Positions 6,967 through 17,068 of a stretch of 64,000 nt of DNA are shown here, piece after piece. The stretch lies in the IMG/VR virus record IMGVR_UViG_3300025012_000008; one strand, 5' to 3'. This stretch comes from an uncultured virus (IMG/VR IMGVR_UViG_3300025012_000008). Its lineage: Duplodnaviria; Heunggongvirae; Uroviricota; Caudoviricetes. Position 1 is the stretch's first letter, and every line of letters starts with the position of its first letter. The position numbers and the translations under genes were made by a program. The notes under the pieces were generated by a model, which was not told where the DNA came from, did no database searches, and worked only from the letters and a program-made list of their open reading frames with translations.

Positions 6967-9675
6967 TTAAAAGATAAAATATTGCTTGAATTTCTTCAAA
7001 TCTTCTTTCGTGGTAATGTAATTTAGATCAAACGCTTGAATCTTTTCCAATATCTCAATCACATTCTTGTTGATTCCAGGATATTTTTCTTTTGAAGGCA
7101 AGTTGAAAAATCCACAGCGTTTCTTTTTCTGGGTTGACTTCAGGTTGACAATCTTTTCCGCTGTTGCTAATTGAACCCCATTGATAGAAGTGAACGGAGC
7201 ATAGAGATTTCCTCTTTTATCACAATTCCATTTTATAGCATCAGATATACCTATTTTCGGAAGATTGATTTTTAAACCAAGTCGCTTTGCTTCCCTGATG
7301 TATTCAACATTTTTTGCTTTATCGCCATGGGTTAGGCAGGAAGTAAGAAATTCATTGGGATAATATGTTTTGACAAACATATCCCAATACGTAATCATGG
7401 AATATTCAACAGAATGGCTCAGATTAAATCCATAACCACCAAACTTTGACATCATGTCCCAAATCTTTTCAGACTTCTTTTCTGGAACTGTTTTCTGTTT
7501 TTTGCACCCTTGAAGAAATTCTTCTCTATATTTATCAAATTCGGCATGGCCAAGACTTTTCCCCATAACTTTCCTGATCTTGTTGCAGGTTGACATTGGA
7601 ATTCCGGCCAATTGATTTACAACCTTCATTACCTGTTCTTGGTAGACAATTACCCCAAATGTTTCTTCTGTTATTTTGTCAAAAATAGGATGAATCTTTT
7701 CAACCTTTTCTTTTCCTCTTTTTCTTTTCGAATATGATTCTGTCATTCCTGATTGAAGAGGACCAGGACGCCAAAGGGCCGTTACTGCATAAAGCATTTG
7801 AAAACTTTCTACACCTAATTCTTGACAATAATTTGTTAATCCGAGAGAACCAATTTGAAATGCTCCTGTTGTGTTTCCTTCAGAGATTTCTTTGAAAACC
7901 TTTGGATCATCGAAGGTAATTGTTCTGTAGTCGATTTCTATATCATAATTTTGCTTTATCAATCTTTTACATTCATTTAAAATTGTAAGAGCAGATAATC
8001 CGAGAATATCCAATTTCATCAACCCGCAGTATTCAGCATTTCTCATATCCCAATTGGCTACTATTTGACCGGAACGAGAAACGAGATTGCAGTTGTGGCC
8101 ATCTCTCAAATCTTTTTCGGAAATGCAAATACCGGCTGCATGTTGTCCACAACCACGGATTTGTCCTTCGATCGATTTACAAATTTCTATTACTTCAGGG
8201 TACTTTCTTCCAAAACTTCTGCATTCGTTTATTTTTTTAAATGATATTTCAATTTCTTTTCCATCCCCAACTTTTCCTTCGTCTATCATTGATTTTGCAG
8301 CATAGTCAACTTCCTGGAGCGGAATGTCAAAAACTCTGCTTACATCTCTCAGTACCCCCTTCCCTTTCATTGTCAGGAAATTAGAAAGGCCAGAAACATT
8401 AAATTCTCCGTATTTGTCGGATAGATATTTTCGAACATCTCCCCTTTTGATATCCTCAAAATCCATGTCGATGTCTGGTAAATCCGCCCTTTCATCTGAC
8501 ACAAAACGAAAGAACTCTGTACCGTAAACAAGAGGATCACAATCAGTAATAAAAAGAAGATAAGCAACAAGACTTCCTCCCACGCTGCCCCTTCCCGGAC
8601 CTGTAAGTACATCGTTTTTATAACACCACTTTATCAAATCCCAAACAATGAGAAAGTATCGAACAAATCCTTTGGAAATTATCAGCTTCATTTCCATTTC
8701 AATCCGTTCTTTATATGGTTTCAATTCATCAAAGGAAAGATGTGGTAATCGTCGTCTTATTCCTCTGGCTATTTGATTTTCAAGTAGAATTAATTCATCA
8801 TCTTTTGAAGGAAAGTTTTTAATGCTCGGAAGAAAAACATCTTGCTTCTCAATTCTAAAGTTTTCACATAATTTAGCGACTGTTATGGATCTTCGAATTG
8901 ATCTTTTAATTTCGCTCTCAGAGAGACAATCTTGTTCGATAAATGCATCATACATCTGATCTTCGGAACGAAGGAACAGACCGTCACAATTGAATTTCCA
9001 CCTGTCTGGGTCTTTCCATTTTTTCTTCGATTGAATTGCCAGTAGAACTTCCTGGTGTTTTGTCGATTCTTCTGTTGGGTAATGACAGTCATTTGTTGCT
9101 ACTGTTTGAATTCCAAGTTTTTTTGAAAGAGAAAGGGCAAGTTTGTTTGTTTCTATCTGTTCAGGAATTTTGTGGGGCATTACCTCAAGATATACATGAT
9201 CTTTTCCAAGGGCTTGAACGTAGTCTTTAAGCATTCCTAAATGCAAAGAATGATGAATAAACGACATTGAACAGGCTGAAAGAATTACAAGTCCTTCAAT
9301 ATGGCTCATCAAGGTTTTATGGTCTATTCTTGGACGATGATAAAACCCTTCTATATTAGCAATTGTCAAGAGTTGCAGGAGGTTCTTCCAGCCTATTTGA
9401 TTCTCTACAAGTAGAGTAATATGATACCGTTTTTCCCCTTTTGTTTTAATTTTCAGATCAGGAAGGACTAAATACATCTCAGCCCCGATAATTGGGATAA
9501 TCCCAATTTCAAGACATTGCTTCTGATGTTCAATCGCTCCATCGATATTTCCGTGATTGCTTATTGCGATATACTCTTGACCAAGTTCTTTTGCAAGAGC
9601 AGCATATTGTTTTGATGTTCCTACCCCGTCAAGAACGGAATACTCGTTGTGGAGGTGGAGATGGCAGAAACTCAT
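6967..9675 (-). CDS. dnaE: DNA polymerase III alpha subunit (family C), 902 aa
   Basis: PHP motif HLHLHNEYSVLDG, GPGRGSVGGSLVAY, PDIDMDF, HAAG, KLDILGL, YQEQVM, YGFNLSHS. Confidence 0.96.
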   Translation of the reverse strand: MSFCHLHLHNEYSVLDGVGTSKQYAALAKELGQEYIAISNHGNIDGAIEHQKQCLEIGIIPIIGAEMYLVLPDLKIKTKGEKRYHITLLVENQIGWKNLLQLLTIANIEGFYHRPRIDHKTLMSHIEGLVILSACSMSFIHHSLHLGMLKDYVQALGKDHVYLEVMPHKIPEQIETNKLALSLSKKLGIQTVATNDCHYPTEESTKHQEVLLAIQSKKKWKDPDRWKFNCDGLFLRSEDQMYDAFIEQDCLSESEIKRSIRRSITVAKLCENFRIEKQDVFLPSIKNFPSKDDELILLENQIARGIRRRLPHLSFDELKPYKERIEMEMKLIISKGFVRYFLIVWDLIKWCYKNDVLTGPGRGSVGGSLVAYLLFITDCDPLVYGTEFFRFVSDERADLPDIDMDFEDIKRGDVRKYLSDKYGEFNVSGLSNFLTMKGKGVLRDVSRVFDIPLQEVDYAAKSMIDEGKVGDGKEIEISFKKINECRSFGRKYPEVIEICKSIEGQIRGCGQHAAGICISEKDLRDGHNCNLVSRSGQIVANWDMRNAEYCGLMKLDILGLSALTILNECKRLIKQNYDIEIDYRTITFDDPKVFKEISEGNTTGAFQIGSLGLTNYCQELGVESFQMLYAVTALWRPGPLQSGMTESYSKRKRGKEKVEKIHPIFDKITEETFGVIVYQEQVMKVVNQLAGIPMSTCNKIRKVMGKSLGHAEFDKYREEFLQGCKKQKTVPEKKSEKIWDMMSKFGGYGFNLSHSVEYSMITYWDMFVKTYYPNEFLTSCLTHGDKAKNVEYIREAKRLGLKINLPKIGISDAIKWNCDKRGNLYAPFTSINGVQLATAEKIVNLKSTQKKKRCGFFNLPSKEKYPGINKNVIEILEKIQAFDLNYITTKEDLKKFKQYFIF

Positions 9676-10400
9676 AGTTTTATTCCTAATCCTCTTTTTT
9701 TCAAACCCAAAACAGAAGGAACAAATAATTTTTCAATAGATTTAATTCCACCTGTATCTTTATCTAAACTTGATGAAACATTTTCTTTTTTCATAAATGT
9801 TTCAAAATCTTTTGGCGCTTCATATTCAGAAATAAATATCAATTGTCCTTGTTTTGCTATCCATAAACACCAATCCCAAAATTCATCATGACAAAAATTA
9901 TTTTCATAATTTTGTGTATTTTTATATGGTGGGTCGCAATAAATTAAACTATTATGTTGAATTTTTATTTGCTTGTAATCTTTGCAATAAAATTCAACAT
10001 TTTGTATTTTTTTACTTTGAATTATTGCGTTATTTTTTGCTTCTTTTACATAATCTCTCCCATTCCCGCGTGCCCATCCACCTAACCATTTACCAGAAAA
10101 TGAATAAGCAAAACCCGCAAAAGGTTTCAACCAAGAGTCATTGTTTTTTTTAAGGTTGTTATAATCATTTTCAGTAAACTCCTTATTATTGTTTGGAAGT
10201 AAATCAACTTTATCTCTGATAATGACAAGTGCATTTATTACATTTTGATTTATATCATATCCTATTCTTTTTCCAGTTACTTTATCTATCATATTTCCGC
10301 CACCAACAAATGGTTCAATCCATATTTTATTTTTTCGATAAATATGGATTGATTTTAAAATATGATATGCGTGTTTACTTTTACTTCCAACATATCTCAT
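9672..10400 (-). CDS. DNA adenine methyltransferase (D12/Dam-like)
   Basis: MRYVGSKSK, EPFVGGG (motif I), YCDPPY (motif IV). Confidence 0.92.
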   Translation of the reverse strand: MRYVGSKSKHAYHILKSIHIYRKNKIWIEPFVGGGNMIDKVTGKRIGYDINQNVINALVIIRDKVDLLPNNNKEFTENDYNNLKKNNDSWLKPFAGFAYSFSGKWLGGWARGNGRDYVKEAKNNAIIQSKKIQNVEFYCKDYKQIKIQHNSLIYCDPPYKNTQNYENNFCHDEFWDWCLWIAKQGQLIFISEYEAPKDFETFMKKENVSSSLDKDTGGIKSIEKLFVPSVLGLKKRGLGIKL

Positions 10401-11431
10401 TTTTCAATCTCTTGAATAGTTGCAACAACATGCTGATAGTTGTCGGTCAGAAATTCAATTGCCTCTTCTGAAATCACCGCTTTTTGATATGAATAGAGAA
10501 TCTGCTGTAGATATACTGGGTTGATTGAAAAGGCGAATTTCTCCCCTTTGTAGTCTTTGATTCTCGTTGATTCTTCATACCAGTCAGTATCGACTTCCGA
10601 TCTGATTTTCAAAATTCCTTTTTCGTCAATAGAAATGTCAATCAGCCTGTCTTGTTCCAAAGTTTCCTCAGAGAAAATACTTGCCTTCTCCAATATCTCT
10701 TTCGAAAGAGAAGGGAATTCAAACTCAATTCCTTTGATGTTGAAGTGTTCTTTCAGTTCGGGGTATTCTCCATCGAAAGTCCTGCAACTGAAGATCCCGT
10801 TGTTTCTAATATCAAAATGAACCCAGTTGTCAACGATTGCATATCTGGTTACTGAGTCATATTTGACAAGTGCTTTTCCAGGAATATAAGGAAGTAGAAA
10901 ACTTTTTTTGAAAGGGGTTTTGAGAATCCATCTTGTTGCTCTTTCAGAGTCGCAACTTTCCAGAAAGGTTTCTTTTGCGTGAACAGCAGTGAGGATCGGC
11001 ATTGAAGAGTCCCGACTACAGGAAAACAAAACGTCTTTTAGGGCTTTCAGAAAGTTCTCGGGAAGCTCGTTCCAATCTCTTCTTTTCGGATACGACATCT
11101 CATCAAGTGGCATGTGGATTTCTGCCTCGAAGTGTATTCCAGCCCTTGAGCGTCCGCACTTGATCAGCACTTCTTCTTCTGTTGCTTCAATGTCAATTTC
11201 GTCTTTTTTGAATTTGTTGATCAACGAAATAAATTTGGGGGCGGGCATAGCCCCTGTAAAAAGATTGTCAGAAATAAACGGAACTTTGACGGAAATTTCA
11301 TCATTGTAGGTATAGGCAAATCCGTCTTTGAAAACAAAATGGTTTGACTGAGAAGAAGTTTCTTTTATTCCTGACAAACCAGGGGTAAGCAGTTCGATTA
11401 TCTTTTTGAGTCCATTCAGATTTACTTTCAT
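10397..11431 (-). CDS. dnaN: DNA polymerase III beta (sliding clamp)-like protein
   Basis: 344 aa three-domain pattern: SCSRDSSMPILTAVH, DGEYPEL, FSINPVYL; adjacent to dnaE. Confidence 0.75.
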   Translation of the reverse strand: MKVNLNGLKKIIELLTPGLSGIKETSSQSNHFVFKDGFAYTYNDEISVKVPFISDNLFTGAMPAPKFISLINKFKKDEIDIEATEEEVLIKCGRSRAGIHFEAEIHMPLDEMSYPKRRDWNELPENFLKALKDVLFSCSRDSSMPILTAVHAKETFLESCDSERATRWILKTPFKKSFLLPYIPGKALVKYDSVTRYAIVDNWVHFDIRNNGIFSCRTFDGEYPELKEHFNIKGIEFEFPSLSKEILEKASIFSEETLEQDRLIDISIDEKGILKIRSEVDTDWYEESTRIKDYKGEKFAFSINPVYLQQILYSYQKAVISEEAIEFLTDNYQHVVATIQEIEK

Positions 11432-11443
11432 TTTGATCTCCGA

Positions 11444-12511
11444 TTAAATTTTAGATAATATTTGTTGATAAATTCTATGAGATATTTGAGCCATCATTAC
11501 CGGCGGTACAGAATTCCCAATAATATAATACTCTTTATTTTCAAATTGATAATCTTGTGGAAATGATGATGCGTTAATCCATTCTTGCTTATTCAATGTT
11601 CTACAAATAGTTGGGTGCCAATGATCATCTTTACAAGTGCATAAAGTTTGAATAACATTATTATTATTATATCTTCTTTTACTAAACCAACTTTTATTTT
11701 TTATAATAGAAGCAAAAGTATTGCCGGGAGAGCATAAATTCCAATAAATTGATCCTAGATTTTTTTTATTTTTTTCTTTTTTATCATTATTATCTAATAT
11801 TTCTTTACATTTAATAATTTTTTCATTAAAGTTTAAATTGAGAATTGGTTTGTTTTTTAATAATCCTGATTTTTTAATATTTATATCTTTTCTAACACAA
11901 ATAAAAAATATTCTTTGTCTTTTTTGCGGAACTCCCATTACTGAAGAATCCAATACTTTCCAGAAAAAATTATATCCAGCGTCTTGAATTGCCGTCCCAA
12001 TTAACGACATATATTTTTTTGCATTCCCTTTATTTAACCCTAATACATTTTCAATTACTGAAACTTTAGGTTGTAACTTTTTTATCAATTGAATAAAAAT
12101 ACCAAAAAGATCATCAAGAGTTTGTTTGATTCTCCCCTCTGCATAATTCCTTTCTATTCCCCAGCCTTTTTCGCGAATCCCGGCCATTGAAAAAGGAGTA
12201 CATGGAGGTGAGCCATCTAATATATCTAATTCAAATAATTCATCTGGTATATCTGAACGATTTAAAAAATTACGAATATCCTCCTGGTACATATATTTCG
12301 GATTATGATTTTTTATATAGATAGAAGCAATTTTTGAATCGACTTCTAAACCACCTAATACATTATATCCAGCGAGTTTATAGCCCATTGAACTACCACC
12401 ACCGCAACAGAAGCATGAAAATACCCGGCTATTATGTTTTTTTATTCCAATAGCCGGGTATCCATCTTCTATTCGCCAATTCCACGGGAATTTATGAATA
12501 GAATTAGTCAT
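11444..12511 (-). CDS. C5 DNA cytosine methyltransferase
   Basis: FCCGGG (motif I), GSPPC (catalytic), ENV, QKRQRIFF, GNSVPP. Confidence 0.94.
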   Translation of the reverse strand: MTNSIHKFPWNWRIEDGYPAIGIKKHNSRVFSCFCCGGGSSMGYKLAGYNVLGGLEVDSKIASIYIKNHNPKYMYQEDIRNFLNRSDIPDELFELDILDGSPPCTPFSMAGIREKGWGIERNYAEGRIKQTLDDLFGIFIQLIKKLQPKVSVIENVLGLNKGNAKKYMSLIGTAIQDAGYNFFWKVLDSSVMGVPQKRQRIFFICVRKDINIKKSGLLKNKPILNLNFNEKIIKCKEILDNNDKKEKNKKNLGSIYWNLCSPGNTFASIIKNKSWFSKRRYNNNNVIQTLCTCKDDHWHPTICRTLNKQEWINASSFPQDYQFENKEYYIIGNSVPPVMMAQISHRIYQQILSKI

Positions 12512-12513
12512 AA

Positions 12514-13311
12514 TTATTTTGTTGGGATCAATCCATTCTTTTTGACATTATACCGATACCAGACAACATTTTGGAGATTTGTTTCACCATTTGGAAATTC
12601 CTTTTTCGCAGCTTCAAGAATTTCCTCATCCAACATCATCCACGACTTTTTCGATTCAGTCATCAATCCTCGAATAAAATTGCCAACTCCATGGGCCCGC
12701 TTTGATTCTTTCTTTTCTCTTTTCTCCCCGGACTTCTTCTTTGCAGGCGCGGTTCCATCAGAGATTGCGGTCAGCTTCGTGGTGACGTATTCCCGCAGCT
12801 TTTTGATGTCCTTCAGAAAAGGCGGCGGACAGACAATGCCGTTGTTTTTGGCAACAGCCCGAAGATCTTCGAGAGTTTTTGCTTTTTTGAGGCCAAGAAG
12901 GCACTTGTGGGCATTGTCCTTTGCTTCGGTGTTGTCTTCTTCCTCAGTTTCCGGATCAGGATCCGCTTTTTTTGCAGGTTTTTTGCCTGATTTCTTTTTC
13001 TCGGGAACAGGAGGAGCTTCATCAGCTTCATCAGCTTCATCAGCTTCATCAGCTTCATCAGCACTGATCTGAGCAACGTTTTTGAGTCCCATCAGTTTGA
13101 GGGTAGCAGCAGTTTCAGGCGAAATAGTATCGTCAGCCGTCAAATCCTCTGCTGCTTCCGTGATTTCATCCGTGAGTTCATCAGTAGTCAGTTCAACGTC
13201 GATGCCTTTTCCTTCGTCGAACATAAAACTGTTGAAATCCTCAACTACTGCAACGAGGGCTTCCAGAGTCGGTTTTACTGCTTTTTTGGTTTCTGCGGGT
13301 TTCTTTGCCAT
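12514..13311 (-). CDS. acidic/lysine-rich low-complexity protein; start re-called at ATG 13311
   Basis: AAGGAG RBS before MAKKPAETKK; has its own promoter; contains (DEA)5 and PAKKK tracts. Confidence 0.7.
   Translation of the reverse strand: MAKKPAETKKAVKPTLEALVAVVEDFNSFMFDEGKGIDVELTTDELTDEITEAAEDLTADDTISPETAATLKLMGLKNVAQISADEADEADEADEADEAPPVPEKKKSGKKPAKKADPDPETEEEDNTEAKDNAHKCLLGLKKAKTLEDLRAVAKNNGIVCPPPFLKDIKKLREYVTTKLTAISDGTAPAKKKSGEKREKKESKRAHGVGNFIRGLMTESKKSWMMLDEEILEAAKKEFPNGETNLQNVVWYRYNVKKNGLIPTK
13015..13062. repeat. 9-bp tandem repeat (AGCTTCATC)x5 encoding DEA units
   Basis: Directly visible. Confidence 0.95.
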
Positions 13312-13378
13312 GGTTTTCTCCTTGAAAAAAAATAGATTGTATGTGAGAAGGATTTTGGTTTCTTCTCTGTATACAACT

Positions 13379-13407
13379 ATTATAAGCATTCTCCATCAAA
13401 TCGTAAA
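13379..13407 (-). promoter_or_regulatory. sigma70-type promoter
   Basis: TTTACG-N17-TATAAT, with the GCT-TATAAT context shared by other phage promoters. Confidence 0.7.
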
Positions 13408-13434
13408 GAAATTTCTTTGGTAATGCAAAAATAA

Positions 13435-14979
13435 TTAGTAAGAATGAGTCAGCGGCCTGCCCTGAGCTAGGCTTTGAAGGATGGTAACATATTGATTTTC
13501 GTTACATTCGTCCTCGCGAACTGCTAATTTACCCAGTCTCATTACCCCCCTCTTTTTTTCGTCCGAGAGTTGGTTCATTGTGATCATTCCAGTTACATGA
13601 CTGAATTTCCGTTTGTCCTCTGAGAAGTTTTTCATGGTGATCCATTTCGAGTAGTAGCTAGCAGCATCAGATTGAGATGCAGAAATTACTAAACAGTGTC
13701 GCTGTTGACTCAATCCCCTTACTCCTGCCCAAATACTGTTTTGTTGGTGCCTGAACTGTTCTCCTTTTTCCGGAACAAGCAAATCCATATAATCAATAAT
13801 CAGCACATCAGGAACAAATCCGCTTTCTAATTCCCAGATGTCGAGTTTCTTTTTTATTTCAGAAATTGTCAACGATTCGTTCGGGTATGCTTCAATCAAC
13901 AATTTCGCCTTTTTTCCCCAGCGCCTTTGATAGATTTCTCCCTGCTTTACCGCTTCTGTCCATTCCAAAACTTTTACTGGATCTCTAATCTTGAACCATG
14001 CTGCTGGTTGGTATCTTTCAAATTTCTTTTCGTCTCGGAAACAATTCATACAAATATTATAATCTTCATCTTCATCCCAAGAAATATATTCTTTTGTTTC
14101 TGAATTTCTGATTACTCGATCTTTTCCACCTGAGGGGCTTTCCTCACAACTCCCTATTTGATTTTGATAGCAGTCCAAACACGGTATTTTAATTTCTTTA
14201 CAAAACTTTTGCCTGTTTGATCTTCCTGTAAATCTGATTCCATATCGAACAAGCATTTGTGCCCTTGTCATATCCCCAGCAGCAAAGAAAGCAACATTTT
14301 TCCCCGCTCTTCTTGCTGCTATCGACAATTCAATCAACATCCACGTCTTCCCCCTTTTTTCAGGACCAAGAAGAGTAACAAACGAATCGGGGATAAACAG
14401 ATCATCAAGAAATCTACCAGCAGCACCAGGCAAACGGAATAGTGGAGTAGAAGAAGTTTCAAAGGCCAATGCCATTTCTTCTGAATTGCTTAGCGGATCG
14501 ACGATTTTTTCAGAACGTATAGAAAGACTCTTATAATTCGAAATCGTTCGTTGTGCATCGATTATAGCGTTTTTTGAAAGAGAATTAGAAACGCTCTTGG
14601 CTACAAATTCAAGATTTTTAGTTTCAAGATATTTTTCAGTCTGGTCCAGAAGATATTCAACGTTGAATTGTTCTACTCTTTCATAATCGTCAGAAAGTGA
14701 ACTGAGTAAGTCTTCAATAAGTGAAAGTTCGTCTTCTTCAATATTTCCTTCTTTTTCTTCTTTTTTGAAAATATCCTCAATGTGGATTCCAGGAGCTTTT
14801 TTGAATTGTTGATAATATCTGGATACCCACTTTGCTACTGTACAAATATACGGGGTAGTGATTAAGTCGATTCTGAAAATGTGTTGAACCGCTTTAAAAT
14901 ATTCATCACTGACAATCAATCCTTGAATTATTTGACGTTCAGGATTTTCTTTTATTTTTCTTCTTCGATATCCAGCCAT
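13435..14979 (-). CDS. dnaB: DnaB-like replicative helicase
   Basis: Walker A GPEKRGKT, Walker B LIIDYMDL, ASQ, SEDKRK; next to a DnaC-like loader. Confidence 0.85.
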   Translation of the reverse strand: MAGYRRRKIKENPERQIIQGLIVSDEYFKAVQHIFRIDLITTPYICTVAKWVSRYYQQFKKAPGIHIEDIFKKEEKEGNIEEDELSLIEDLLSSLSDDYERVEQFNVEYLLDQTEKYLETKNLEFVAKSVSNSLSKNAIIDAQRTISNYKSLSIRSEKIVDPLSNSEEMALAFETSSTPLFRLPGAAGRFLDDLFIPDSFVTLLGPEKRGKTWMLIELSIAARRAGKNVAFFAAGDMTRAQMLVRYGIRFTGRSNRQKFCKEIKIPCLDCYQNQIGSCEESPSGGKDRVIRNSETKEYISWDEDEDYNICMNCFRDEKKFERYQPAAWFKIRDPVKVLEWTEAVKQGEIYQRRWGKKAKLLIEAYPNESLTISEIKKKLDIWELESGFVPDVLIIDYMDLLVPEKGEQFRHQQNSIWAGVRGLSQQRHCLVISASQSDAASYYSKWITMKNFSEDKRKFSHVTGMITMNQLSDEKKRGVMRLGKLAVREDECNENQYVTILQSLAQGRPLTHSY

Positions 14980-14980
14980 A

Positions 14981-15166
14981 TTATTCCTTTATCAATTCTC
15001 CGTTAGATTCGATAATGTCTTTTGGAAAAACAACAATTTCTCCCGTTAGAAACTGGATTTCAAAACATATAAATTGAAGAAAGTAAGTTTCTTTCAGTAC
15101 TCGAAACGGAACACAGATTTCTGCTTTGTGTCGATAAAACTGACCAGGTTTTATTTGCTGTTCCAT
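14981..15166 (-). CDS. hypothetical protein
   Basis: 61 aa ORF, IKPGQFYRHK SH3-like start. Confidence 0.55.
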   Translation of the reverse strand: MEQQIKPGQFYRHKAEICVPFRVLKETYFLQFICFEIQFLTGEIVVFPKDIIESNGELIKE

Positions 15167-15861
15167 TTGGTTCTAACTCTTTTTCGTTTATCTTCCCCCT
15201 TCATTTCGATTTCTCTACACATCCCAGCTATTCTACTTGTTAACCTATCGTCATCCATTTTTTTACTCAATTCTTGGATAGACAAATTGGAAGTGATAAA
15301 AGTTGGTTTGCTGTTTTCATATCTGTGGTTGATAATCAGGTAAATAACTTGCAAAGAAAAGTCAGAAGTTTTTTCAATTCCAAGATCATCTAAGCACAAC
15401 CAACCAGATTTGGTACATTCGTCAAATATTTCCTGTTCTCTATTTGATCTTGACTGGTAAGATTGACGTATTTCAAAAAGCATTTGGGGAACGTTGAACC
15501 AAGCTCCGTCATATTTAAGTTCATAGCGAAGATTCAAATACAACCAAATAGCAGCTTGTTGACTTTTTCCTACCCCTGTCTTTCCAAACAGATAAAACCC
15601 CTGATTCTGTTCTCCGTTATAAACAATCGGACTTTCTTCGAGAAAAGAACAGGTTGATAATGTCGTTATGTTTTTTACAAGATTTACCGGAACAGAATCA
15701 GGAAGACATTTTTCAGGACTTTTTTTCAAAGCTGATTTTTCTATTCTGCATGGACGACAATCTTTTACTTTAGCAGCAGCAGCTACATCATCAGAATCTT
15801 CCTCATCATACAATTTCATTTCAAATTCTTTTTTGCAGGTTTCACAGATATTTTTTATCAT
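15151..15861 (-). CDS. DnaC/IstB-like AAA+ helicase loader
   Basis: GKTGVGKS, LCLDDLGIE, INHRYENSKPTFITSN, RLTSRI. Confidence 0.9.
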   Translation of the reverse strand: MIKNICETCKKEFEMKLYDEEDSDDVAAAAKVKDCRPCRIEKSALKKSPEKCLPDSVPVNLVKNITTLSTCSFLEESPIVYNGEQNQGFYLFGKTGVGKSQQAAIWLYLNLRYELKYDGAWFNVPQMLFEIRQSYQSRSNREQEIFDECTKSGWLCLDDLGIEKTSDFSLQVIYLIINHRYENSKPTFITSNLSIQELSKKMDDDRLTSRIAGMCREIEMKGEDKRKRVRTKWNSK

Positions 15862-16899
15862 TTAATCCTCCATGACAATTGTTTCGTAATTATCGTCATA
15901 TTTTCCTTCTTGATAAGCCGCCCCACCTTTCGTACTTTTTGATCTTTTCTTGTTTGAATACTTTCCTTCGAGAATCTTCAGATAGTTTTGGTCATTCGTA
16001 ACTATGAAATCAAAATCGACTTTCCAGCCACGATCATTATCTCCGAGTAGGAATTCAGAATCGGCAATTTTATCAAATATCTTTTTCCAAGCTGATAGTT
16101 CAGAAAGTTCGGGGGATTCTTCAATTCTTGTTTTTAATTTATTTAAACGAGATGGTGTTAATTTTATGACAGAAGGTAAATCTAATTTATCGGCTGTATC
16201 ATTCCAAAGATCAATTATTTTTTTTGAAAAGGTACTAATACTCTCTTTTAAATAATTCTCTTTTAACAACTCTCTTTTAAGAAGCGTACCCTTTTCGGTT
16301 ATAGGGTAAAGCCCTTTTGGGTTAGGGGTATTAATCCTTTTAGGCTTTACCCTATTATCTTTTTCGATTAGGGGGTCTTTATATAATTGATGGATTATTT
16401 TCTGAATATTATTCCTGTCAAATTCTATTTCTTCTTTTAATTTATTTTCTATTTTTTCAAATAAAACAATTACTTCTTTGTTCATTCTGATAAATGCTTC
16501 GTTGTACAAATCCCCCATTATTTTCCATTCTCTGGGGATTTTCATTGATAATTTTCGCAATTGAAAATACCCAGAGCCACCGTTTTTAAATTTTTCTTTT
16601 ACGATTGAATCTTCTCTGTTAATTATAAATCCGAGTTTTTCCGACTTTGATATAAGAGCTGAAACTTTATTTGCTGATATTCTATGTTTTATACCAAGCT
16701 CTTTATTTGTCAATGTACAACCACCATAATCAAGATATTTATCACTAACCCTAATAATCTCTGTAAGAATTTCTTTTTCTTTATATGAAAAAAATGGGCA
16801 GGCAATAAGTTCTATCGGAATTGATAAATAGTTTACCCTTATTGTATTTTTTGGTGCTTGCTCTTCTGAATCATTAATAAAATCGGTTTGATCGTTCAT
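15862..16899 (-). CDS. phage replication initiator (lambda O / replisome organizer-like); start re-called at ATG 16899
   Basis: N-terminal wHTH (TNKELG..ISANKVSALI), C-terminal FLLGDNDRGWKVDFDF..KILEGKY; upstream of the loader; AAGGAG RBS. Confidence 0.8.
   Translation of the reverse strand: MNDQTDFINDSEEQAPKNTIRVNYLSIPIELIACPFFSYKEKEILTEIIRVSDKYLDYGGCTLTNKELGIKHRISANKVSALISKSEKLGFIINREDSIVKEKFKNGGSGYFQLRKLSMKIPREWKIMGDLYNEAFIRMNKEVIVLFEKIENKLKEEIEFDRNNIQKIIHQLYKDPLIEKDNRVKPKRINTPNPKGLYPITEKGTLLKRELLKENYLKESISTFSKKIIDLWNDTADKLDLPSVIKLTPSRLNKLKTRIEESPELSELSAWKKIFDKIADSEFLLGDNDRGWKVDFDFIVTNDQNYLKILEGKYSNKKRSKSTKGGAAYQEGKYDDNYETIVMED
16289..16374. repeat. putative replication origin iterons inside the initiator gene
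   Basis: Four degenerate YCYTTTTNGR units starting at 16289, 16312, 16335 and 16358 (23-bp period), next to an AT-rich tract. Confidence 0.65.
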
Positions 16900-17068
16900 T
16901 TTCTGATCTCCTTTTGCGTGAAAGAAGTTATAAAAAGAAAGAAGGGGAAGATACGGCAAACGTCAATTTCTGTTGGACCATCCAGAATGTTGACTACCTT
17001 CCCCCGGCAGAAGCCAAACAGGGGATCAGCCTGTTTTCTTAGGAGGTGTAAAAAAGTCCAGTAATCTT

